Shown one piece after another: positions 1-12,761 of a stretch of 64,000 bases of DNA. This stretch comes from Takakia lepidozioides (taxonomy: Eukaryota; Plantae; Bryophyta): assembly GCA_030704615.1 (NCBI GenBank), contig CM060733.1, positions 41,230,001 to 41,294,000 on the forward strand, written 5' to 3'. The notes beneath the pieces were generated by a model. The model was not told where the DNA came from and searched no databases. It worked only from the letters and a program-made list of their open reading frames with translations. Position 1 is the first letter of the stretch. Every line of letters begins with the position of its first letter. A program made the translations under genes and the position numbers.

Positions 1-640
1 TGTCAAAGCAAGTACTATAAGGTACAAGCACAGTGCAGTAACAAGCACCATATAGAACGAGCACGTGTAAACAAGCACCCTATAGAAACGAGCATACTGT
101 TAGACAAGCACGGTGTATGTTTGTAGCAACGGGAAAAATCTAAAAACCTTAGTTGAAATTTAAAAAATTAAACATAAACATAGTTACTAGTCACTAAATT
201 ACAAATGTTGAAATTCCATTTTGTTAAGTACAAAATTGAATAATAATACCTAATTAAAAAATTAAAAATTAAAAATTAAAATTTGCTGAGTGCTAGACTT
301 CAGCCGCTCAAGTTGTCAACTTGAGAGGCTGAGTGCCTGACTTGAGTGGAAACGGACACCGTGTAGAAATGAGCACCGTATGTGTAGAAACGAGCACAAT
401 ATGTAAAAGAGCACCATGTAGAAACGAGCACCGTATGTAAACGAGCAGTGTAGAAACGAGCACCGTGTAGAAATGAATGAGAAATGATAGAAACGAGCAC
501 CGTGTGTAAATGAGCAGTGTAGAAAAGAACGAGAAACGACCACAATGTAGAAACGAACGAGAAATGAGCACCATGTAGAAACGAGCACAATATGAAAACG
601 AGCACCTTGTAGAAACAAGCACACTAGAAACAAGCACCGT
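1..640. repeat. Degenerate array of the motif TAGAAACGAGCAC(CGTG) in two clusters (about 1-115 and 350-640) separated by an AT-rich spacer and a palindrome; probably transposon subterminal repeats
   Basis: AGAAAC(G/A)AGCAC recurs many times (e.g. near 85, 421, 452, 489, 577, 610). The overlapping ORFs here are repetitive artefacts. Confidence 0.8.
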
Positions 641-1371
641 GGATAAATCCCAGGTTACATAGCAGGTTGGAAAGAGACAGCAGAAGTTGAAAGAACGCAA
701 TGAGAAAACACGGATTTCAGCAGGGATATATGGAACCTTAAACACAGAAGACATAAGAGAACGAGCGAGGGTGAGGGAAAATCCAAAAGGAAGAAGACGG
801 CAAGGCCACGCTCCCACGCTGATGTCCTTTGGATGAAATAACCTTCATCCACAGGAAGGTAATGGATGAACAGGGACTAATGAAATCTCATAGGAGCATG
901 GGACCTGATATTCCTATGACGTCCCATGAGGGAATCAGCATGAGCCCTCAGAGGCACTTGATATTGCGTCCTCTATGGCAAATCTAATCCGGATCTCCGG
1001 ACACACACACGTGCCTATATCATGTCGACGTGTAAACTTGGGAAGCTATGATCGAACTCATCGTGGATGAGCCATGGAATACATACACTATCATTATGAC
1101 ACCCGAGCACCTGATGCAGTTAGAAAGGTCCTCTCTATGTTGTGCAGTCAGTGAACCTAGAATACACATCATTTTGCTCTAAGTTAATGCACCATTATGC
1201 TTTCTGATGATACAAGCTGCCTAGTCTTGCCTTTCTTGATCTTTCAAACTCCACCCTAGGTCTGTCATGATCAATATGAAAAGATCTAAAAGCATTTTTA
1301 ATGTCCAGTTGAAGATAAGATGAATACATCCTATTTACTGTCGTAAATAACGCTGAATAATGCTCTGAAGT

Positions 1372-3855
1372 TCATCTACTTAGTTCTAAATTATTAAATT
1401 GAGTACACAAGGGGCTCATTGCTTTTTTAAGCGCAGCATCAAATGTAGATCCAGAGAAGCAGGAGGCCCGCAGTCTTGCTGCTTTGGCAATATGTATCCG
1501 CTCATCATCCACCATTGACAGTACACAGCACATAGCATCTGCAAACTCGGCAGCAGTACTAGCCAGAAAACCTGTGCTTTCTCCTCCTTCCTTGACCACT
1601 ATGTCCAACTTGGGCCCTGCTGAATTATGTGCTTGCAACCACAAGAAAGTGATACAAGATCTTAATTAACCAGGAAGAATCCGGTGTAGTCAAATTTTTG
1701 TCTACTTTTAATTGATCACATTGAAACTGAAGTCAACGTGCTGATGTAAAGCCTAATTCCTGGCACCGGAGTTTAAGATTTGCCACTCGCTCCTCATCTT
1801 CCTGATTTCTACAGCTGCCGACCAGCTTCAAGCGTGCCCCTTTGTGCTGCTCGGACAACTGCTCCATTGCCAGAGCAAATGCTTCTAGCTGCAACCCATG
1901 CGCCTGCAATCACTGCTTGTCAATTATAACCTCTGTACACCGTCCCCTGCCACATGTGCAATATGCCTTCACACTAGATGTGCAACCAGCACAATACTAA
2001 CAGTTGTGAATGCTGTCTTCAAAACAGATAAGAAAGATGTGATGGATTACCCGAAGACTGCAATATAAAATATGTGTGCTAGTTACTGCTCTGACTTTTT
2101 TTTAAATGGCACAGCAAAATGTCTTGTACTGTAGAGCTACAGGCCACAAAGCAAAATGGGAAAATGTGGAGAGAGATGGGACTGGCAGATGCAACAAAGC
2201 TGAGGGGGAGAAAAGAATAGAAACGAAGGACAGGGTAAGTACCTTCTCAGGCCGAATTGAGCAACAGAGATGATGTAGGGGGGTTTTACTGACCACTCCA
2301 GGGGAAGCGCCTGCTTGCCAGAGGTTATGAAACAGTCAACATCTCTGCAAGCCAATGCCCACAACCAAAATCACCTATACTCTGTTCCTCTGAACTGCAT
2401 ACAGTATATAGGTCGGGTCTGTAATAAGCCAGAAACCCTTGCTACCTACCACATTTGTCTGCATCTTCAAATCCGTAGCAAGTTACCTCGTCAAGTTGTC
2501 ACAGCTGAAGACCAAATGTAAGGTGCAACAGCAAGCAAATTAAGCTGACCTGGCTAGTTGGAAAAATGGAAAATGGGTCAAACTGATCACATATTTCTTG
2601 ACTTCCATCTGAGCTCCCAAACAAAAAAAATGGGGAAACAGGGGGATGGAGGGGGACCTGAAGGGTGAGAGTGTCACAAGGCGGGTAGACAAGAAAAATG
2701 TGATTTGGAATCTTCTAGAGCTGACTGATGTGTGTCTTTGTCTACGACGAATTAACCATGGCCAGATGCACACAGCAGCCTGCCAAACCATAGAGCCAGG
2801 CCATCATTCTGTAGTATGCTGCCTTCCCTGCTGTCAACCAATAGCTGCACCTCCAGTGACCAGTACTGAGATGCAGTTTTGATACACTTTCAAATCAAAT
2901 TAGCAACTCGTGTCCATTGTGCAATTGACTGTCATTCCCCTGCATATTGCATTCCTCCCTGACAGCCACTACAAAAGGACATACCTGGAGGCCTCAAAGT
3001 ATGATAAAGTGAGGGGACTTTGTTCATTTGTAGCCTTAATCACGAGATTGCTCATCACAAGTAGGAATATACACCTGCCTGTGAGCAATGAAGGTGTCAT
3101 TGTTGTAGAGAGAGGCCCGACTCCACACGCGGTCTAGCATATCTGAGCTGATGGTGGGGTAGTGTGTGTAGCAACAAGGCAGCCTGCAGAGCGTGCCAGC
3201 ACATATGTGACGGCGTTAGCCACTGGTGTCCACAAATAGCAACGGGGTCACAATACTGAGTGCCTCCCATGCCAGTACCATCGACCCCAAGCTCTGCCCT
3301 ATCAATATGGCGTGCGGGTAAGTGCTTGCCTCTACCAACTTTCTCCATTGTAATCTCACCACCTGCCACCCCAAACACATTGGATAGATATCATGGGGTT
3401 CGGTGTTTTGTCACACAATGCATCCATTCTCCGTTGTCATAATAAAATCTCTTTTGACTGTTATCCTTGCAGACTTGCCCATCCTGTTCAGTGCTCTATT
3501 CTTAAAAGTGTATCGGTGGTCCCAGCATAGGTAGAGAGAAAGTGGAGGGAGGTGGAGGGTGGATAACAACCATTAGGGGTTTTATGAGCCGAACTCCAAG
3601 TAGGTCCAAAGCAAGGGCAGCCAACTCCTGAGATGTGGTAGGGTCACCCGTGTAGATGACAACGTTCAGGTCGGGCAACATCTCCTGAGTGGCCCTCACA
3701 GCGCACCACAGCACTCTCTCCCCTCCGCCCCCATCGGTGGTAAAAGGGTGAAAAAATCCCACCACTCTGTGCTTCCTCCTACTCCGCAAGCGCAAGAAGA
3801 GCGATGAAAGACCCAGTGCGACGATGATCAAAGCCCCGCAAATTACCAGCATCAT
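1372..3855 (-). pseudogene. ALG11: ALG11 alpha-1,2-mannosyltransferase pseudogene (multi-exon)
   Basis: N-terminal TM segment plus VGFFHPFTTDGGGGERVLWCAV; later exons give [55 protein letters not shown] and AHNSAGPKLDIV. Disruptions: frameshift/TAA at 3216-3218, TAG at conserved Trp positions (2742-2744, 2715-2717), frameshift in QFRPEK, and no EHFGI..VE exon. Confidence 0.9.
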
Positions 3856-6800
3856 CTCGTCAAACCCGCCCTATCCCCCCAGTCTCCGGATATCACGTAC
3901 AACAGTAACAAAAACCCTAGACTGTATAATCGCACAGACGAACGATCGCCCAGCCTGCAGCAACCCGACTGAGACAGGGGCTACGATACAAATCCTCCCA
4001 CAGATCCCACACAAAACTGCATCGATGCTGAAAATCCCACCAGATCCTCAATCCAGCTATACATCCTCAATCCTCAATCCTCGATCCAGAAAGACGTCCA
4101 CAGATGTGCGGAAATCCATGAATGGGATCCATTGATCATGGATTCCCATTCATCATTGAATCATTGAACGGGATGTCATTCATGGATTCATGGATTCATG
4201 AATCTGCGGAATTCGATGTCCCGCGATCGGATCGGAGCATATCCGGCGTATCGCGGAGTGAGGCGCCATGTGTGAGCTCATGTCATGTTTGGCCCAGTTT
4301 GAAGGATCTACGTACACGAGCGCGTCGAGGGACCTCCTGTCGCCACAATGATAGTTGTTGGTTGGTCCTGCTCAACCAAAACACTTCATACCACCAAAAG
4401 TGGAGGGTGTGAAACAAGACGAGACTACGGTAGGTGGAGTTCTCTTTCAAGACATCGAGGGTGTTGTGTATTTTTACTACCTAGTAGCTTACCGAGGTTT
4501 GAACACCGGCATGTTTGAAATGTTGGGTGCGTAATATTGTGACCATTGGATGTTGACTAGTACTGACATATCGCGGCTGTCCATAGTGACGCCATTCACT
4601 GTTGTAGCGCGCCAGTAAGTAAGCGGGTATAGCCCAGGGTTTTTTTCGCTTTAAAAGGGATTCACGCTCCTCGGAGGCGCATTTGTGTTGTCACTTGTGT
4701 TGAGAGAGGAGGGTAGACAGCTTGGGATCTGATGTGTGCATGATAGAGATTAGCTCGGGCAGCAAGAGCTCGCTGCTTGAGTGGCCGATCGGATACACGA
4801 GGGAGAGAGGCTGCTTGGTTGCTCTAGGCTGAAGCGAAGGAGCTGGTCAGAACGATGTGGAGAAAGCTGGAATCCCCGATGGGTTTTGTCATGGTTTCCA
4901 TCGTGATTGCTCATGCGCTGGGAGGAACAAAACGCTTACATCATAAACATGTGGTTCACCCTCTTGCCTATGGTTGCATAGAGTACATGGTATGCTTCAC
5001 CACCTGATTAGATATCTGATGAAGTCCATGTGAGTCGTTGTGTTGTATCGCAGATGTTCATAATTGGTGCATCCGAAACTCACTAATCTTTGAAGTACAA
5101 GCTGCTACGGGCTTATCTAGAGATGGATATGCATAATATGTACGTAAAGCACTCGGCAAATTGATCATTGACAAAGAACTGATGGATAAGGGATCTGTGT
5201 ACAAGCTGCAGGTGCAATTACATGACGGCTATGTGTCGCTGATGCATCCAATGGATCACTTAGCCATGCAAAACAAGAGTCTGGCAGTCTGGCAGCACGA
5301 TACTGCTAATAACTGCACCAAGCCTTGGTGGAGCTCTCGTGATCAAGCGCGACCAACATCAAGTTGCTTCATCTGGTAACGTCGGCACGAACAAATAGCG
5401 GAGTGGCAATCCAGGGGTAAGCTCGCATGACAATGACATATTACCGGTAGGGCCAGAGAAGTCTTCAAGAACCGTGACAATGAATTCTACGAGCATAGAC
5501 TGATGTGAGGGCAATAAATTTAGAATTCAAGATGTATCTTTAAAGCAGCTTTCTGTACTGATTATGACATCGGATGTTGTGAACAGCCTATTGCTCACGA
5601 TGGTTCAATTCAATCGAGGCTATTTCTCACCCTGGCAAAGAAGTTAGTCTTGGAGTTCTGTTACACACGCGGACCAGCTTGCGAGGAGCGAGGGCAATTT
5701 TGATGGACTGGCTTGCGAGGAGCTGAGGACAATTTTGATTAGCCTCTAGTGACTCTTCAGAGATCACGAAAAAAGTTTTTTAAAATTTTGTAAGGCTAGT
5801 TTCTATCTAGCTCGACAGCGGTAGTAAGTAGGAGTACAACTTAGCTTGAGCTTACGTAGTATGAGCAAGGTAGCACGGGAGACCACTCGTCGTTGGAGCT
5901 CGACGGATTGATGTACTCATGGTGTGTTCCCATGGAACCCGGGCGTCAAAACCCGCCATCTACATCGTCCAAGAGCCGGCACCTGAAGGTCTCGTCCAAG
6001 AGCCCAAGTTATAGAACTAGCATGGCTTGTGTTCCCCTGGAACCGGGGCGTCCCTTGACCTGACAGTCCGACTGTGTCCAACAGCCTTACTCGGACGACA
6101 TGGCGCCGGGCGTCAAAGCCTAGCCGTTGTCACCCCACCCTTTCTGCAGAGACGGGGAGGAGCAGCAAGGCTTGGAACCGGCGTTTGCGACCACACCATC
6201 ATGAACAGCAGTCTGCGCTGAGTGGCTTCCGCGATGATGCACAAGTGGGCTTTGCCTCTGCAATGTTCGCTTGGACAGTAGAGAATCCAACCAACCGTAT
6301 GTTGTCCCCCAATCCTAGCCATATACAAGTGCTGAAGAGAGAGCCCTCCACTTTCAAGTACTTGCCCATAAAATCCAGACACAGCCAACCATTGCAAGCA
6401 TAGCAGAACTATAATCCCAACCTGCAAGAGCACTTGCCGCCTCCTTTGTACGGCACTTGGAAGTCAAAACTCGCACCGTGACGCCAAAGTTTGCCTCAAT
6501 AAATGCAACAATAACATACAGTGCTATAATGCAATCCATGGTGGACAAAGTTGAGCCTTGTCAGAAAATATATCAGCGGTGTATATATAAGCATCTAGGT
6601 CATGAATGAGCATGATTGTATAAGGTAGTTATACCCAAATGTGAGCGTTTAAGCAGATATGCCCATACAATTGGTGCAGCAAGGGGAAAAATTATATGAC
6701 TGGATTAGCAATTGAACAAACAGCTTGTGGTATGAATTGCATGAATTTTGGACGAAGTGGCTAATTGATATATATTATCAAAGTGGCAGGGCACAAAAAT

Positions 6801-7329
6801 GCTATGCCTGAGCTATAGAGGGTACCATAACTCACTGAAATATTATCTAAGCCTACATGTGACCTGATATGCACGAGATGTGCACTTAATGGCCCCCACA
6901 CACCAACTACTACACCCAATAACTCACCCAACAGCTCGGCCCACAAGAGCAAAAGGTATCCTATGGTGCAGTAGCAAAATAAAGGAGATCGGATGCATGA
7001 ACTCCAGTAAGCCCTTGGGAAACCGTGAATGTGTGCCAAATGGTCAATCCTACATGTAAAGTGGACCCCACTTATTTAAGCACGCAGTGATCCAAAGTGT
7101 GCCAAACTGCGTGCTTTTCCATCCTGAAACCTCACCTCTCACTACACTAATTTGGACCATCCAAGTGTCACAGGCCACGGCTCTCCACCTATTGTTCTCC
7201 CGCCACCACCTTGATTCCTCCCACCATCTCTGTCGCCTCCCAGCAACTCCTTCCCACCATGGCCCGCCATGACAACAACTCACTCTACAACAGGTGGTCC
7301 CGAACCTGGTTGATACGCCCATGGCACTC

Positions 7330-9759
7330 CTACGACCTGCAGATGACTTGTGTCTTCCCCTCGGGCCTTTGCCCGACATTTAGCAATAGCAATTTTTTGA
7401 TTGTGTTTACATATTGGTGGAGCCCACTCGCACAATGGGGCGATCCATGCATGCTTGGGGGAGGGGTTGTTGCTTTGATTGCTGCATGCAGACGTTCTCC
7501 TGCCTCGCTGCAGGCTCGTGCCGACCACTTGGCGTCGAAGGCCCTCCTGGCCAGTCGCTCTTGTGTTCGGGCCTTCTTGAGAGCATATTTCTCGATCTTC
7601 TCGGCTGCCCGCTTTGCTTTACCTTGCAGGGTCTCCTCTTTTTTCTGCTCACGAGCTTGGGTTGCTTCTTCTTTTAGTCTCACTTTTTGCTCTAGTGTTG
7701 CCAAGTATATATCAGATGTCATTATAATTGACTTGTTGTAGTCTATAATAGGTTCATCTCCTGATGCTCTTACCCTTCGATTGACTGCAGGAGCCTCTGG
7801 GAGCGTCAAGAATCGGGAGATTGATGAAGGGACCTCTGGCTGGCTGGGAACCATCTCCCAGTCTGCGTCATCATCGAGCTGCACTAAGGACTCCTGGCTA
7901 CTGCGAAAGTGTGGCTGGCTGTCATCGCCCCTTTCCTGGTCATTGCGCCCATCCTCATCTGGCTCTTCGACCACCACAAAGTAGTGGTGGTGATTCTCTT
8001 GTATGCTGGGCACATGGTTGCCCAACACCTCTTCCACATGAAGGGCAGAAAGTACGTCTTCTACCTCCCCCTCAAGTGTATCCTCGTCCATTGATTCTGG
8101 CCTGATCTCCTCGGCGTGCAGGTCTGGTGTCCCCGGCCCTGAGAAACATTCTGCCGGCCCCATCTTTCCTGCCATGGCTTCTGGATTCAGAGGCTAGATC
8201 CCAGAGGTCTTGAATCCCTTGGCAATGTTGGTAGGGGTTAGTCCTTTTTTCAATGCAAGGGAGACCCATTGGGCCAGATTTTCTTTCAATGCTCCTCTTC
8301 CTTTATGTGTCATGGTCCAAACATCTCTATATTTCCTGAAGGCAGTCTTAAAGGGCTTGAACACTGCCACATCAAGGGGCTGGAGTGCATGGGATGTGTG
8401 GGAAGGAAGTGTAATGACATCAAGTCCTACTGATCTTGCTTGATTGACAACGTCTAGGGTGACGTGTGAGTTGTGACCATCCAAAATTAGCAAATGTCTG
8501 TTTGTGACGGTAATGTCATTGCCCATTGCCTTTGCTGATTCCAGAAAATGTGATATCCACTTGTGAAACAATATTGCAGTCATCCATGCTTTTCTTTGCA
8601 TTGCCATTGTTGCTCCAGATTCACATTTGTGAATGTAATTGCGACAGAATCTTTTCCCTTTGAATATGTAGAAGTTTGGGATGTAACTTCCTGCAACATT
8701 CATGCAGGTGAGGACGCTCAGCCACTCCCTCTGATCTGGTGTTATAGAATGAACAGATCTGGATCCGGTCTTGGCCAGCACAACAGCACCTCCGTTTCGC
8801 CCAGCTTGGGCCACGGACTCGTCACAATTCCATATCCTTGTTGGCCCATAGTTGTGCTTCTCATACATCAGTTTCAGGTTAGCATAGAACGTCTTTACGT
8901 TCTCTGGACATACTCCCTTGGCCCTCCCAGTTTCTAGTCCTTGAGCTACTCTCATTGAAAGATGTGGATGTCGTGACCTGAACCATCTCACCCACCCCCA
9001 GCCCGGGATTCCATTTGTGAAAGGTGTGACTCTCTCTTGCGTAACTTCAGCCACCTTCAGACGTAGTTGACTTAGTGTCAAGGGATGCCCGATATCTTGC
9101 ATTTTTTCAATATATTGGACTAGTTCAGCTTCTTCCTTGGCGTTTAATGTCCCTTTGCTGCCTCTCTTCCTACTGGTAGTAACGCCATAAACGTGGTTTC
9201 TCAGACTTGTTGCAGGCACTTCAAACATCTTTACTGCGGATCTGATGCTGTCTCCACGGTCAACGGCAACCACGGCACCTCGCAACTGTTCATCAGTCTA
9301 GTTTCCATTCTTGAGAGGCCTCCTCCCTCTCCTTGGGCGGCCCCCATGCATAGCAGGTCCATCAGATCGAAGAGTGTTAATGTCGGCAGGTCCTTCAGTA
9401 TTTGTCTCTGGCAATGTTGTTGTCTGGTCTAGCTGTACTGCAGATTCTGGTTGACGTTGGCCTTGGTCCACCTGAAATTCAACTTGATCTTGGCCTTGGC
9501 CTTGGCCCACCTGAAATTCAACTTGGGAATCCTCTCCCTGGCCCCACTGGAAATTTTCAAGGCCATCATCCTCACTTTGACCTCCATCATTTGCATGTTT
9601 ATACCTTTCATTGTATTTGTCATCTGAGTCACTTGTGAGTGGTTGGCTACTGATCTGCGTTCCATCACTATCATCAGCTACCTCGGTATCTGGCAACAAT
9701 CGAAAAGCTTGTCTGGGCCTGAAATTCAAGTCCATCGCTGTTGCACACTCCTCACTCAT
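7330..9759 (-). pseudogene. pogo/Fot1-type transposase (HTH_psq + CENP-B HTH + DDE_1, DD35D) with two in-frame TAG stops
   Basis: ORFs 9759-9298, 9285-8194 and 8175-7330 share one frame. Motifs WNCDES, LILDGH and LQPLD, with 35 residues between the last two Asp. Stops at 9298-9300 (N*TDEQL) and 8194-8196 (GI*PLN) fall at expected Trp positions. Confidence 0.88.
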
Positions 9760-9769
9760 GAATATATAC

Positions 9770-9996
9770 TTAGTAATAAACTAGATTAACTGAAGTGTAA
9801 ACTAAGCCAATCTTCAAACTATGCTCCCTGCACATGAATTAGTAATAATGTACTGGATTAACTGAAGTGTAAACTAATGGGATTCCAATCTCCAAACTAT
9901 GCTCCTTGCACATCAATCAATAGTAATGGACTGGATTAACTGAAGTGTAAATCAATGCTGAGCCAATCTCCAAACTATGCTCCCTGCACATGAATG
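9770..9996. repeat. Three imperfect tandem copies (about 72-80 bp) upstream of the pogo transposase
   Basis: GATTAACTGAAGTGTAAA..CCAATCT(T/C)CAAACTATGCTCC(C/T)TGCACAT occurs at about 9784, 9855 and 9933. Confidence 0.9.
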
Positions 9997-12761
9997 AGAA
10001 CTTGTAGTTGCGAAGTTGTGTGCAATAGTCGTAATGAAGTTATACATGCAGGCAAAGTGAATGGAACCCTGTGAATTTGAAATTGAGCAGCCGCCAAGGC
10101 ATTTTAAAAAACAAATCAGAGCATATCCGATCAATCCTAAACCCCATTTGAGTTAATTAGAATAACAACGTGCGTACATTAGCACTCAGCTTTATTAATA
10201 CGCCTCCATTTGGCAAATACGCTGGTCACAGTAATCAGTACGTTTTTGTTCACCTAACAAAGCACCATGGGGCCCACAATGTCCATGAAGGAACCTAAAT
10301 CAGCCCGTTGGCAGTAAGGTCGCCGTTTAAGGGCAGGCAAAACCACTTTACACCCCAAAAATAGGGGTCCATTTTGAGACCTGCTCATATTTGGGTGTTT
10401 CTACCTTAGGCTACACTAGGCCATAATTTCATACTTTTAGTCAAACAGAGGTTCATAAAAGAGGAAAAAATGGGGGAATTGAACACATCCAGTGTGCTAA
10501 GCTACATAGCCACCAAGATCCTTGGCCAGCGTGAAGTGGCTGGAACATACACAGGAGCTCCTTGTATGAGATATAAACTCTCCAATGATTGAAAGATTTA
10601 AATGTACAGTCTTCACCGTACCTTATTGACAACACGCAGAGTATGGTTACAATATTGTTTCATACATCTGTGACAGGATTTGAAAGTGGTGTGCAAGTGC
10701 ATACCAGCATGCAGTGTTTCCTACACACGGTTTCTGTACCTCTATCAATGTGAAAGAAATCTGGCTGAGATTGCAGACAAGCACGGGCTTGGCAGCATAT
10801 TGCTTCTCAAATACCTAAAAGATACAATCTAATTAGTCATGCTGTAATTGTAGAGGAACCAACTGCAAAGCGTTCACCACAAACAATTATTATTATACTG
10901 ACAGGGCGTGAATGAAGCATTGTTCTTGCTTCGCGACTATCCATGGGCTGCGTAGCCAAATTTGGGATCGAAAGGCCCAAGGAAGGTCCTCTTGAGCTGA
11001 GGTCTTGATCATCTCTATAGGTGGTTGTCGTCATCTACTACCAGAATGAAGTACAAAGCCCAATGGAATGCGCAAAGACATTCCCTCAGAGAGAAACTCG
11101 TAACATATCCAACCCTGACCTGACAGGCAAACCAAACAATTGAAACGCAGGTGAAGTTCAAGAGTTTTGAGCCAGTCAAGCCAATGTAGAACCTGCCGCT
11201 CATCTAGTTGGATGGGTATTTGAGACACTGTGTTCAACGATAGGGTCATGACTGCTATAGAATCCTTCCCCTGGTCCAGAGAATCTTTCTAGGCTTTCTA
11301 GGCCATTGTTGCAAGTGCATGGCCTTTTCTGAGTTGTGTACATCATGGCGTTGATGCCTCCAACTGCAGGTACTGCTTGCAACATGTTCGTCGACACTCG
11401 CACTACACTGGGAAGAGCATTGGCTAATAAGCTCACACACAGCTAACTAGAGCTAAGCTGACAGAAATCAACAATGGCCAGAGTTACGGGTAATGTCCTG
11501 CTCTTTGATGTATTTGAGTTCTATTTCTGTCTGAAGCTGAGTTGCATCAGTTCGATTCCCTCTCTAGAGCTGAGCAATCGAGCTCTTTACTCACTGCATC
11601 TGATCCGAATTAACTTCATATGTGTAGACTTCACTTTTAGGGGCCAGGTTTTTAAGTAGTTGAATTCATCAACTCATTCAAGGAGTCATCATGTTGTATC
11701 ACTAGACCAGAGAACCCTTCAGCGGGCTGTCTGCTCAGATGTCTGTTGAAAGTATGGATCTACAAGCTCTAGGACATTTGACAGCAGAGAAGAACAGATC
11801 CATTCCGAATGAGTCGTGCACGCAGAGCGGGACCAAGATTGTAGTTGGGAAAGGGAAGTAAGAGTCACATATCCATTCACACAACCTGGATCTCAAGATC
11901 TGTGATCTAAAATTTCCCAAGATTATGTCGCATGACATCTAGAGAGTGAAGTATGCGAGATACTCACTGCAGATATGGGTTATATATGTTGTCTTCTGTC
12001 GCGGGTACCAGGCACTATGGACCTTGTCAGCTGCCAATACAGGTTTGCAAGCGCAACTGTGGCTTCCCTCATAAGCGGCACTACATTACCATTGGAACTT
12101 TAGTCCCTTCCTTCATCATCGCTTAATTTGACTACGGACTCTAACAAGATGATGCCACCAATTGTGAGAGTCTTTTGTGAGTTTGTATGGCTTAGGTTTC
12201 TTTAAGCTACTGGGATTTGGATCTGCTCAATCTCCTGCTTTGCCTTTCTCATTACCTGGCAAGCTCCTGGAATCCTCATGCCTAATCACTGTGTGCATAT
12301 TGATCAAGAGGTCAATGTTTGGCAGAAGGATGTGAATTGTCAGTGCCATTGTCCAGGCAAGCCTTCCCATTTCTGAGCGAGTCTACCATGGTGCTTTCAA
12401 CACACAAATTCTTTGCATTCAGCACTCTCCAAGGTCCATTGCTGATTAAGGCTATACCAGGGTTGTTCAGAGATCATGCTCTTGCCCATGGATAACAAAA
12501 TTAGCTACAGGTTTGTTAGTCGTTGGTTGTCCACCTACGCCCACAAGCAGTGGTGAAGGTTTTCAGGCTGACCAGGAGGTTGATGATTTGAAATTTTCTG
12601 TCTCACATGTGCGACCTTTTCTCGCTGCAATAGCCTGTTGTGGCTGCATGCCTGCAGCCACTGGAATAAGTTTTTGTCAATTGATGGTCATATATCACTT
12701 CCACCATATCTTTAAGATCGATGCATCCCATATCCTTCCCCATTGCTGCAGCCTGCTGGGC

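Larger units (their letters stand above)
6623..10406 (-). mobile_element. pogo/Fot1-like (Tc1/mariner superfamily) DNA transposon, full length, inactive
   Basis: 24-bp imperfect TIRs: AGGTAGTTATACCCAAATGTGAGC at 6623, and the reverse complement of AGGTAGAAACACCCAAATATGAGC ending at 10406. TA on both sides (6621-6622, 10407-10408). Internal DDE_1-type transposase. Confidence 0.85.

Noticed and set aside
300-817. Overlapping ORFs or a CRISPR-like array in the AGAAACGAGCAC repeats
   Set aside because: The repeats are short and degenerate with no unique regular spacers, there are no cas genes, and the context is eukaryotic.
5400-5445. EWQSRG..H resembling a Helitron Rep motif
   Set aside because: It needs a frameshift and has no supporting motifs nearby.
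2715-9300. A-to-I editing or stop-codon readthrough restoring TAG at conserved Trp codons
   Set aside because: ALG11 also has frameshifts and a missing exon, TEs show the same change, and IBR3 uses normal TGG and a TAG stop. Methyl-C deamination is the simpler explanation.
10800-12500. Possible degenerate coding sequence downstream of the 805-aa ORF
   Set aside because: No recognisable motif found in the frames examined.
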